Shown here piece by piece: positions 40,401 to 52,400 of a DNA stretch of 64,000 nucleotides. Below the pieces are notes generated by a model, which saw nothing but the letters and a program-made list of their open reading frames with translations, did no database searches and was not told the origin of the DNA. Position 1 is the stretch's first letter. Each line of letters opens with the position of its first letter. Source of the stretch: Squalus acanthias (Eukaryota); assembly GCA_030390025.1 (NCBI GenBank), contig JASTWF010000418.1:186001-250000 (forward strand). The letters run 5' to 3'. A program made the translations under genes and the position numbers.

Positions 40401-43400
40401 AGATATAACACTCACAACTAGGGGGATCAAGGGGTATGGCGAGAAAGCAGGAATGGGGTACTGAGCTAGCATGTTCAGCCATGAACGCATTGAATGGCGG
40501 TGCAGGCTCGAAGGACCGAATGGTCTACTCCTGTACCTAGTTTCTATGTTTCTATGTATCTAACCCCGTGCTGTACCTGCCCTGGGAGTGTTTGATGGGA
40601 CAGTGTCGAGGGAGCTTTACTCTGTATCTAACCCGTGCTGTACCTGCCCTGGGAGTGTTTGATGGGACAGTGTAGAGGGAGCTTTACTCTGTATCTAACC
40701 CGTGCTGTACCTGCCCTGGGAGTGTTTGATGGGACAGTGTAGAGGGAGCTTTACTCTGTGTCTAACCCGTGCTGTACCTGCCCTGGGAGTGTTTGATGGG
40801 ACAGTGTGCAGGGAGCTGTACTCTCTATCTAAGGGATGAGGTGTATCTTACCATCATGTTTGCTGAGGGTCTGTGTCAGCGGAGTTGTTGAGGAAAGGTG
40901 TTTGACCAGACAGGTGAAGATCGATCCTGAATCCCATTCCCGGACAGGGACCTTTAACGTGCTGCTGGAACTGTAGGTCCCATTCTCGTGTTGAGTTGTA
41001 TGGCCAGGCTCCGAGGAGAAGGATGTCTGGCGGTTATTGATGAGCCAGGTGAAGGAGATGTTCCTGGGGTGAAATCCGACTGCCTGACACCCCAATGTGG
41101 CCGTCCCGTTAGTGTCCATTTCATCGTAGGTGGGGGGTAGGACGTAGACGCTGGGAACCGTAGGGTATCGGGCTGGAGATCCACCGGAGAGAGAACGGAA
41201 TGAAGGCATTAGTGGGCGGTGAGAGATCAGGCCCACCTTGGAGCCCCCCAGTTAATCGCCCCCCAGACTGGGGGGACAGCGAGATCAGCCCCTCACTCAG
41301 AGCCCCCCAGTTAAACACCCCCCAGACTGGGGGGAACAGCGAGATCAGCCCCTCACTCAGAGCCCCCCAGTTAATCGCCCCCCAGACTGGGGGAACAGCG
41401 AGATCAGCCCCTCACTCAGAGCCCCCCAGTTAATCGCCCCCCAGACTGGGGGGGAACAGCGAGATCAGCCCCTCACTCAGAGCCCCCTAGTTAATCACCC
41501 CCCAGACTGGGGGCAACAGCGAGATCAGCCTCTCACTCAGAGCCCCCCAGTTAATCGCCCCCCAGACTTGGGGCAACAGCGAGATCAGCCCCTCACTCAG
41601 AGCCCCCCAGTTAATCGCCCCCCAGACTGCGGGGAACAGCAAGATCAGCCCCTCACTCAGAGCCCCCCAGTTAATCCCCCCCAGACTGGGGGGAAGAGCG
41701 AGATCACCCCCTCACTCAGAGCCCCCCAGTTAATCGCCCCCCAGATTGGGGTGTACAGTGAGAGCAGCCTGTAGGATAGAGTGTACCTGTAGGATTTACT
41801 AAACATTGTTAAGATTTTGTAACCATTATTAAATAAGTATAATATGTGAAATTCTATGTTAAAAACCTAAAACGCTTATATAAAATGCCAGGCAAGCAAA
41901 GCTTGATGGTAAAATTAAGCCAGCATTATGTTAACTGGGAGAATAGTGCTGAGTTGGTGTAGATTTTCTGTTATATTAAAAACAAGAAGCCAGTGAAGGA
42001 CAAAGCATTAATTAAGTCTCAAAGTAAGACAGAGGGTTTTCAATCCCCAACATCCCTTATCGCTGAAGTTTCAGACCAGTCTAGATAATGGGCTGTGGGA
42101 AAGGCAAAAGACCTCCGTCGTAATTCATGGGAAGTCCGGCTATGTGAAAGATCTCAAACTCAAAGCTCACAGCAGAATAGGGGAGGGAATCATAGACCGT
42201 ACTTGTGAAGGTCAGCATGGTGAGATAGCCCAAGCAGCTGCCAGTTGCTATGTATTTTGAAAGGGAAAAAAAGGTATAAAGGAACAGCTATTGAACACTG
42301 AAAGCAGTGCGAAACCAGAGGTCGAGAAGCTTCAGTCAACAGAACACAGCAAGAGAATAAAGAGACCGCGCCGCAGTCACTCGGAAGCAACGCCAGGGTT
42401 CAATGAACAGACGGCGACTATCTTCTTGTTAAGTATTACTTCTTTATACTGGATGTTTAATGTTTAATAAACCTGTTTTACTGATACACAATATACCTGG
42501 ACCCAGAGTGGTTTGTGTCGTCACGGACAAATTAATTCAGAGCTTTAAAAGCTACAAGACCCACCTCAGAGCCCCCCAGTTAATCGCCCCCCAGACTGGG
42601 GGGAACAGTGAGATCAGCCCCTCACTCGGAGCCCCCAGTTAATCGCCCCCCAGATTGGGGGGAAGTGCGAGATCAGCCCCTCACTTGGAGCCCCCCAGTT
42701 AATGAACCCCCAGATTGGGGGGGAAGAGCGAGATCAGCCCCTCACTCAGAGCCCCCCAGTTAATCAGCCCCCCAGACTGGGGGCATCCCACAAAACCTCC
42801 AACCCCCAATTCTCAAATCCCCAGCATGAATCTCCACCTCAAACCCCCAGCCCAATTCAACCTCCCTAACCCCGACCCCCTCGCTGCCCCCCCGCCCCCC
42901 CACCCAACAACCCCCAGCAGTCCAGACACTCACCTCTGGTCCTGATCTCCTTGACGATGGGCTGGGTCAGCGTCTGGTGTGAGACGACACACTGGTACTT
43001 GTCCACATCCACCCAGTCTCGACCCCTGACCTCCAGCTGACTGACGGTGGTGTACCGATCCGTGGGGTCTCGGGACAGAGGCTGCTCGGTGATTCCCGAC
43101 CTCACTTGTCTTCCGTCCGAGAACCAGGAGATCCGCACACTGGGGGGGTAGAATCCGCTGACTAGGCAGAGCAGGGGGGTGAAACCGTTCTCCGATATCT
43201 CCCCCGGGGGCGGGTAATGAAGCTGGACCGAGGGAGGAGAGGACGATGGCACTGGAACAAGAATCAAGGGGTCAGTCACTGGCCTGAGTGTCTCTGGCCC
43301 AGAATCGAGGGGTCAATCACTGACCTCAGTGTGTCTGGCCTAGAATCGAGGGGTCAGTCACTGACCTCAGTGTGTCTGGCCCAGAATCGAGGGGTCAGTC

Positions 43401-46400
43401 ACTGACCTCAGTGTGTCTGGCCCAGAATCGAGGGGTCATTCACTGGCCCGAGTGTCTCTGGCCCAGAATCGAAAGGTCAATCACTGACCTCAGTGTGTCT
43501 GGCCCAGAATCGAGGGGTCAGTCACTGACCTCAGTGTCTCTGGCCCAGAATCAACAGTGATTGGACAGTGTAGATGGAGCTTTCCTCTGTATCTAACCCG
43601 TGCTGTACCTGCCCTGGGAGTGTTTGATGGGACAGTGTAGAGGGAGCTTTACTCAGTATCTAACCCGTGCTGTACCTGCCTTGGGAGTGTTTGATGGGAC
43701 AATGTAGAGGGAGCTTTACTCTGTATCTAACCCGTGCTATACCTGCCCCGGGAGTGCATGATGGGACAGTGTAGAGGGAGCTTCACTCTGTATCTAACCC
43801 CATGCTGTACCTGCCCTGGGAGTGTTTGATGGGACAGTGTAGAGGGAGCTTTACTCTGTATCTAACCCGTGCTGTACCTGCCCTGGGAGTGTTTGATGGG
43901 ACAGTGTAGAGGGAGCTTTACTCTGTATCTAACGTGTGCTGTACCTGCCCTGGGAGTGTTTGATGGGACAGTGTGGAGGGAGCTGTACTCTCTATCTGAG
44001 GGATGAGGTGTATCTTACCATCATGTTTGCTGAGGGTCTGTGTCAGCGGAGTTGTTGAGGAAAGGTGTTTGACCAGACAGGTGAAGATTGATCCTGAATC
44101 CCATTCCCGGACAGGGACCTTTAACGTGCTGCTGGAACTGTAGGTCCCATTCTCGTGTTGCGTTGTGTGGCCAGGCTCCGAGGAGAAGGATGTCTGGCGG
44201 TTCTGGATGAGCCAGGTGAAGGAGATCTTCCTGGGGTGAAATCCGACTGCCTGACACCCCAATGTGGCCGTCCCGTTAGTGTCCATTTCATCGTAGGTGG
44301 GGGGTAGGACGTAGACGCTGGGAACCGTAGGGTATCTGGCTGGAGATCCACCGGAGAGACAACGGAATGAAGGCATTAGTGGGCGGTGAGAGATCAGGCC
44401 CACCTTGGAGCCCCCCAGTTAATCGCCCCCCAGTTAATCGCCCCCCAGACTGGGGGCAACAGCGAGATCAGCCTCTCACTCAGAGCCCCCCAGTTAATCG
44501 CCCCCCAGACTTGGGGCAACAGCGAGATCAGCCCCTCACTCAGAGCCCCCCAGTTAATCGCCCCCCAGACTGCGGGGAACAGCGAGATCAGCCCCTCACT
44601 CAGAGCCCCCCAGTTAATCCCCCCCAGACTGGGGGGAAGAGCGAGATCAGCCCCTCACTCAGAGCCCCCCAGTTAATCGCCCCCCAGATTGGGGTGTACA
44701 GTGAGAGCAGCCTGTAGGATAGAGTGTACCTGTAGGATTTACTAAACATTGTTAAGATTTTGTAACCATTATTAAATAAGTATAATATGTGAAATTGTAT
44801 GTTAAAAACCTAAAACGCTTATATAAAATGCCAGGCAAGCAAAGCTTGATGGTAAAATTAAGCCAGCATTATGTTAACTGGGAGAATAGTGCTGAGTTGG
44901 TGTAGATTTTCTGTTATATTAAAAACAAGAAGACAGTGAAGGACAAAGCATTAATTAAGTCTCAAAGTAAGACAGAGGGTTTTCAATCCCCAACATCCCT
45001 TATCGCTGAAGTTTCAGACCAGTCTAGATAATGGGCTGTGGGAAAGGCAAAAGACCTCCGTCGTAATTCATGGGAAGTCCGGCTATGTGAAAGTTCTCAT
45101 CCTCAAAGCTCACAGCAGAATAGGGGAGGGAATCATAGACCGTACTTGTGAAGGTCAGCATGGTGAGATAGCCCAAGCAGCTGCCAGTTGCTATGTATTT
45201 TGAAAGGGAAAAAAAGGTATAAAGGAACAGCTATTGAACACTGAAAGCAGTGCGAAACCAGAGGTCGAGAAGCTTCAGTCAACAGAACACAGCAAGAGAA
45301 TAAAGAGACCGCGCCGCAGTCACTCGGAAGCAACGCCAGGGTTCAATGAACAGACGGCGACTATCTTCTTGTTAAGTATTACTTCTTTATACTGGATGTT
45401 TAATGTTTAATAAACCTGTTTTACTGATACACAATATACCTGGACCCAGAGTGGTTTGTGTCGTCACGGACAAATTAATTCAGAGCTTTAAAAGCTACAA
45501 GACCCACCTCAGAGCCCCCCAGTTAATCGCCCCCCAGACTGGGGGGAACAGTGAGATCAGCCCCTCACTCGGAGCCCCCCAGTTAATCGCCCCCCAGATT
45601 GGGGGGAAGTGCGAGATCAGCCCCTCACTCGGAGCCCCCCAGTTAATCAACCCCCAGATTGGGGGGGAAGAGCGAGATCAGCCCCTCACTCAGAGCCCCC
45701 CAGTTAATCAGCCCCCCAGACTGGGGGCATCCCACAAAACCTCCAACCCCCAATTCTCAAATCCCCAGCATAAATCTCCACCTCAAACCCCCCAGCCCAA
45801 TTCAACCTCCCTAACCCCCGACCCCCTCGCTGCCCCCCCCTCCCCCCCAACAACCCCCAGCAGTCCAGACACTCACCTCTGGTCCTGATCTCCTTCACGA
45901 TGGGCTGGGTCAGCGTCTGGTGTGAGACGACACACTGGTACTTGTCCACATCCACCCAGTCTCGACCCCTGACCTCCAGCTGACTGACGATGGTGTACCG
46001 ATCCGCGGGGTCTCGGGACAGAGGCTGCTCGGTGATTCCCGACCGCACTCGTCTTCCGTCCGAGAACCAGGAGATCCGCACACTGGGGGGGTAGAATCCG
46101 CTGACTAGGCAGAGCAGGGGGGTGAAACCGTTCTCCGATATCTCCCCCGGGGGCGGGTAATGAAGCTGGACCGAGGGAGGAGAGGACGATGGCACTGGAA
46201 CAAGAATCAAGGGGTCAGTCACTGGCCCGAGTGTCTCTGGCCCAGAATCGAGGGGTCAGTCACTGGCCCGAGTGTCTCTGGCCCAGAATCGAGGGATTAG
46301 TCACTGACCTCAGTGTGTCTGGTACAGAATCGAGGGGTCAGTCACTGACCTCAGTGTGTCTGGCCCAGATACGACAGTGATTGGACAGTGTAGAGGGAGC

Positions 46401-49400
46401 TTTACTCTGTATCTAACCCCGTGCTGTACCTGCCCTGGGAGTGTTTCATGGGACAGTGTCGAGGGAGCTTTACTCTGTATCTAACCCGTGGTGTACCTGC
46501 CCTGGGAGTGTTTGATGGGACAGTGTCGAGGGAGCTTTACTCTGAATCTAACCCCGTGCTGTACCTGCCCTGGGAGTGTTTGATGGGACAGTGTCGAGGG
46601 AGCTTTACTCTGTATCTAACCCATACTGTACCTGCCCTGGGAGTGTTTGATGGGACAGTGTAGAGGGACCTTTACTCCGTATCTAACCCGTGCTGTACCT
46701 GCCATGGGAGTGTTTGATGGGACAGTGTAGAGGGAGCTTTACTCTGTATCGAACCCCGTGCTGTACCTGCCCTGGGAGTGTTTGATGGGACAGTGGAGAG
46801 GGAGCTTTACTCTGTATCTAACCCGTGCTGTACCTGCCCTGGGAGTGTTTGATGGGACAGTGTAGAGGGACCTTTACTCTGTATCTAAACCGTGCTGTAC
46901 CTGCCTTGGGAGTGTTTGATGGGACAGTGTAGAGGGTTCTTTACTCTGTGTCTAACCTGTGCTGTACCTGCCCTGGGAGTGTTTGATGAGACAGTGTAGA
47001 GGGAGCTTTACTCTGTATCTAACTCGTGCTGTACCTGCCCTGGGAGTGTTTGATGGGACAGTGTAGAGGGGGCTTTACTCTGTATCTAACCCGTGCTGTA
47101 CCTGCCCTGAGAGTGTTTGATGGGACAGTGTAGAGGGAGCTTTACTCTGTATCTAACCCGTGCTGTACCTGCCCTGGGAGTGTTTGATGGGACAGTGTAG
47201 AGGGAGCTTTACTCTGTATCTAACCCCATGCTGTACCTGCCCTGGGAGTGTTTGATGGGCCAGTGTAGAGGGAGCTTTACTCTGTATCTAACGTGTGCTG
47301 TACCTGCCTTGGGAGTGTTTGATGGGACAGTGTAGAGGGAGCTTTACTCTGTATCTAACCCGTGCTATACCTGCCCCGGGAGTGCATGATGGGACAGTGT
47401 AGAGGGAGCTTTACTCTGTATCTAGCCCGTGCTGTACCTGTCCTGGGAGTGTTTGATGGGACAGTGTAGAGGGAGCTTTACTCTGTATCTAACCCGTGCT
47501 GGACCTGCCCTGAGAGTGTTTGATGGGACAGTGTAGAGGGAGCTTTACTCTGTATCTAACCCCGTGCTGTACCTGCCCTGGGAGTGTTTGATGGGACAGT
47601 GTAGAGGGAGCTTTACTCTGTATCTAACCCGTGCTGTACCTGCCCTGGGAGTGTTTGACGGGGCAGTGTAGAGGGAGCTTTACTCTGTATCTAACCCGTG
47701 CTGTACCTGCCCTGGGAGTGTTTGATGGGACAGTGTAGAGGGAGCTTTACTCTGTATCTAACCCGTGCTGTACCTGCCCTGGGAGTGTTTGATGGGACAG
47801 TGTAGAGGGAGCTTTACTCTGTATCTAACCCCGTGCTGTACCTGCCCTGGGAGTGTTTGATGGGACAGTGTAGAGGGAGCTTTAATCTGTATCTAACCCG
47901 TGCTGTACCTGTCCTGGGAGTGTTTGATGGGACAGTGTAGAGGGAGCTTTACTCTGTATCTAACCTGTGCTGTACCTGCCCTGGGAGTGTTTGATGGGAC
48001 AGTGTGCAGGGAGCTGTACTCTCTATCTGAGGGATGAGGTGTATCTTACCGTCATGTTTGCTGAGGGTCTGTGTCAGCGGAGTTGTTGAGGAAAGGTGTT
48101 TGACCAGACAGGTGAAGATCGAGCCTGAATCCCATTCCCGGACAGGGACCTTTAACGTGCTGCTGGAACTGTAGGTCCCATTCTCGTGTTGCGCTGTGTG
48201 GCCAGGCTCCGAGGAGAAGGATGTCTGGCGGTTATTGATGAGCCAGGTGAAGGAGATCTTCCTGGGGTGAAATCCGACTGCCTGACACCCCAATGTGGCC
48301 GTCCCGTTAGTGTCCATTTCATCGTAGGTGGGGGGTAGGACGTAGACGCTGGGAACCGTAGGGTATCGGGCTGGAGATCCACCGGAGAGACAACGGAATG
48401 AAGGCATTAGTGGGCGGTGAGAGATCAGGCCCACCTTGGAGCCCCCCAGTTAATCGCCCCCCAGACTGGGGGGAACAGCGAGATCAGCCCCTCACTCAGA
48501 GCCCCCCAGTTAATCACCCCCCAGACTGGGGGGAACAGTGAGATCAGCCCCTCACTCGGTGCCCCCCAGTTAATCGCCCCCCAGACTGGGGTGAACAGCG
48601 AGATCAGCCCCTCACTCAGAGACCCCCAGTTTACCGGCCCCCCAGTTAATCGCCCCCCAGACTGGGGGGGAAGAGCGAGAGGAGCCTGTAGGATATAGTG
48701 TACCTGTAGGATTTAGTAAACATTGTTAAGATTTTGTAACCATTATTAAGTAAGTATAATATGTGAAATTGTATGTTAAAAACCTAAAACGCCTGTATAA
48801 AATGGCTGGGAAGCAAAGCATGATGGTAAAATTAAGCCAACATTATGTTAACTGGGAGAATAGTGCTGAGTTGGTGTAGATTTTCTGTTATATTAAAAAC
48901 AAGAAGCCAGTGAAGGACAAAGCATTAATTAAGTCTCAAAGTAAGACAAAGGGGTAGAAATTAGTTCGCGCCCCATTTGGGGCGCAAATATTGTCTGGAC
49001 GCAAATATTAGCGCCTGGCGCTAATTATCGGCACTGACTGGAAACTTCACTTTTACCGCCCCGGGAGGTGAGTGGAGTGCTAAATCAGGCGCTGCACACC
49101 TGTCTTAAGGCGCAAAGGCCAAGGAGTGAGGCGCTACCTCAGAGCGCTGGCGAAGCTCATGTAATGTCAGTCAGCAATGGAACACACACACAATGGCACG
49201 GGCCAGTTCTTAAAGGGGATGGTTAATCTTGCTTTCCATCCACATCCTGTTCATTGCAGCCTTGAATCTCGGCCTGGAGAGACTTGCTCTTCAAATGTGC
49301 TGGAAAGAACAATGGAGAGTACCAGGCAAAGAGCTCAGAGTGCAGCTCCCACAATCTCTGCTAAATCGATACAAGGAATGGCAAATCAAAATGAACCTGC

Positions 49401-52400
49401 AAAGTGCTGCTCAGTACCCAAAACTCCTTCACACAACGTTGAATCTCTTCAGAAGTCTCTCCCTCTCTCTCTCAGAATGCGTAGTTCAAAAATGCCACCA
49501 ACAATAAAAGACAGGAAGAGGCCCCCTTTAAATAGCGCCCCCCCCAGCCCCACAGCGATTGATAGCGTTCCAGTCTTCTGGTCGTTGGATGCGCCAGGCG
49601 GTAAGGCAGGGGGCGCCACTCAATTTCCGCTCCGGGGCGCCACAAGGGCGTTGCACCATGGAATGACGTCACAATCTGCGCGCGCAGGTGGTCGCAGCGG
49701 TAAAGTATAGCGCCGCCGCACAATCTCTAGTTAAGTTCCCGAGCGGCGCAAACATCGCTGCGCCCGGGCGTTAGCGGCTTTGCGCCCCATTAGCGCCCTC
49801 TTAAGGCGCTAACGGGAGGCGCAACCAACTGAATTTTTACCCCAAAGGGTTTTCAATACCGAACATCCCTCATCGCTGAAGTTTCAGACCAGTCTAGATA
49901 ATGGGCTGTGGGAAAGGCAAAAGACCTCCGTCTTAATTCATGGGAAGTCCGGCTATGTGCAAGATCTCAAACTCAAAGTTCACAGCAGAATAGGGGAGGG
50001 AATCATAGACCGTACTTGTGAAGGTCCGCATGGTGAGATAGCCCAAGCAGCTGCCAGTTGCTATGTATTTTGAAAGGGAAAAAAAAGGTATAAAGGAACA
50101 GCTATTGAACACTGAAAGCAGTGCGAAACCAGAGGTCGAGAAGCTTCAGTCAACAGAACACATCAAGAGAATAAAGAGACCGCGCCGCAGTCACTCGGAA
50201 GGAACACCAGGGTTCAATGAACAGACGGCGACTATCTTCTTGTTAAGTATTACTTCTTTATACTGGATGTTTAATGTTTAATAAACCTGTTTTACTGATA
50301 CACAATATACCTGGACCTAGAGTGGTTTGTGTCATAGAAACACGGACAAATTAATTCAGAGCTTTAAAAGCTACAAGACCCACCTCAGAGCCCCCCAGTT
50401 AATCACCCCCCAGACTGGGGGGAAGAGCGAGATCAGCCCCTCACTCAGAGCCCCCCAGTTAATCGCCCCCCAAACTGGGGGAAACAGCGAGATCAGCCCC
50501 TCACTCAGAGCCTCCCAGTTAATCACCCCCCAGACTGGGGGGAAGAGTGAGATCAACCCCTCACTCAGAGCCCCCCAGTTAATCAGACCCCAGACTGGGG
50601 GAAACAGCGAGATCAGCCCCTCACTCGGAGCCCCGCAGTTTACCGGCCCCCCAGATTGGGGGGAACAGCGTTGGGGGGGTTTCTGACGTCTGGGTTGTGA
50701 TTCCGCGGGGGCTCATTAACGACAATCGCGGGAACCCGCTGGATTGAAATGGAAGGGGAGTGGGGGGGGGTGGGGGGGGGCCGGGGAGGAGCGCCCCTCG
50801 CGATCTGTTCCCTGGGTCACAAACCTCCCCTCCCCTCCCCCGGTGACTGGGAGCCAAGCCCAGGGGTTAACCCACTAAACCTCCAACCCCCAACTCTCTA
50901 ATCCCAGCACAAATCTCCACCTCAAACCCCCCAGCCCAATTCAACCTCCCTAACCCCCGAACCCTCGCTGCCCCCCCGCCCCCCCCCCAACAACCCCCAG
51001 CAGTCCAGACACTCACCTCTGGTCCTGATCTCCTTGACGATGGGCTGGGTCAGCGTCTGGTGTGAGACGACACACTGGTATTTGTCCACATCCACCCAGT
51101 CTCGACCCCTGACCTCCAGCTGACTGACGGTGGTGTACCGATCCGCGGGGTCTCGGGACAGAGGCTGCTCGGTGATTCCCGACATCACTCGTCTTCCGTC
51201 CGAGAACCAGGAGATCCGCACACTGGGGGGGTAGAATCCGCTGACTAGGCAGAGCAGGGGGGTGAAACCGTTCTCCGATATCTCCCCCGGGGGCGGGTAA
51301 TGAAGCTGGACCGAGGGAGGAGAGGACGATGGCACTGGAACAAGAATCAAGGGGTCAGTCACTGGCCTGAGTGTCTCTGGCCCAGAATCGAGGGGTCAGT
51401 CACTGACCTTAGTGTGTCTGGCCCAGAATCGAGGGGTCAGTCACTGACCTCAGTGTGTCTGGCCCAGAATCGAGGGGTCAGTCACTGACCTCAGTGTGTC
51501 TGGCCCAGAATCGAGGGGTCATTCACTGGCCCGAGTGTCTCTGGCCCAGAATCGAGGGGTCATTCACTGGCCCGAGTGTCTCTGGCCCAGATTCGAAAGG
51601 TCAACCACTGACCTCAGTGTGTCTGGCCCAGAATCGAGGGGTCAGTCACTGACCTCAGTGTCTCTGGCCCAGAATCAACAGTGATTGGACAGTGTAGATG
51701 GAGCTTTCCTCTGTATCTAACCCGTGCTGTACCTGCCCTGGGAGTGTTTGATGGGACAGTGTAGAGGGAGCTTTACTCAGTATCTAACCCGTGCTGTACC
51801 TGCCCTGGGAGTGTTTGATGGGGACAGTGTAGAGGGAGCTTTACTCTGTATCTAACCCATGCTGTACCTGCCCTGGGAGTGTTTGATGGGACAGTGTAGA
51901 GGGAGCTTTACTCTGTATCTAACCCTGTGCTGTACCTGCCCTGGGAGTGTGTGATGGGACAGTGTAGAGGGAGCTTTACTCTGTATCTAACCCGTGCTGT
52001 ACCTGCCTTGGGAGTGTTTGATGGGACAGTGTAGAGGGAGCTTTACTCTGTATCTAACCCGTGCTATACCTGCCCCGGGAGTGCATGATGGGACAGTGTA
52101 GAGGGAGCTTTACTCTGTATCTAACCCCATGCTGTACCTGCCCTGGGAGTGTTTGATGGGACAGTGTAGAGGGAGCTTTACTCTGTATCTAACCCGTGCT
52201 GTACCTGCCCTGGGAGTGTTTGATGGGACAGTATAGAGGGAGCTTTACTCTGTATCTAACCCGTGCTGTACCTGCCCTGGGAGTGTTTGATGGGACAGTG
52301 TGCAGGGAGCTGTACTCTCTATCTAAGGGATGAGGTGTATCTTACCATCATGTTTGCTGAGGGTCTGTGTCAGCGGAGTTGTTGAGGAAAGGTGTTTGAC

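Noticed and set aside
34868-40464. Long endonuclease/reverse transcriptase ORFs as host genes or an active element
   Set aside because: They are CR1 ORF2 pieces. One has a stop and a frameshift, the other is 5'-truncated.
28895-52325. Regular repeats resembling a CRISPR array
   Set aside because: Head-to-tail units without unique spacers, no cas genes, and eukaryotic intronic context.
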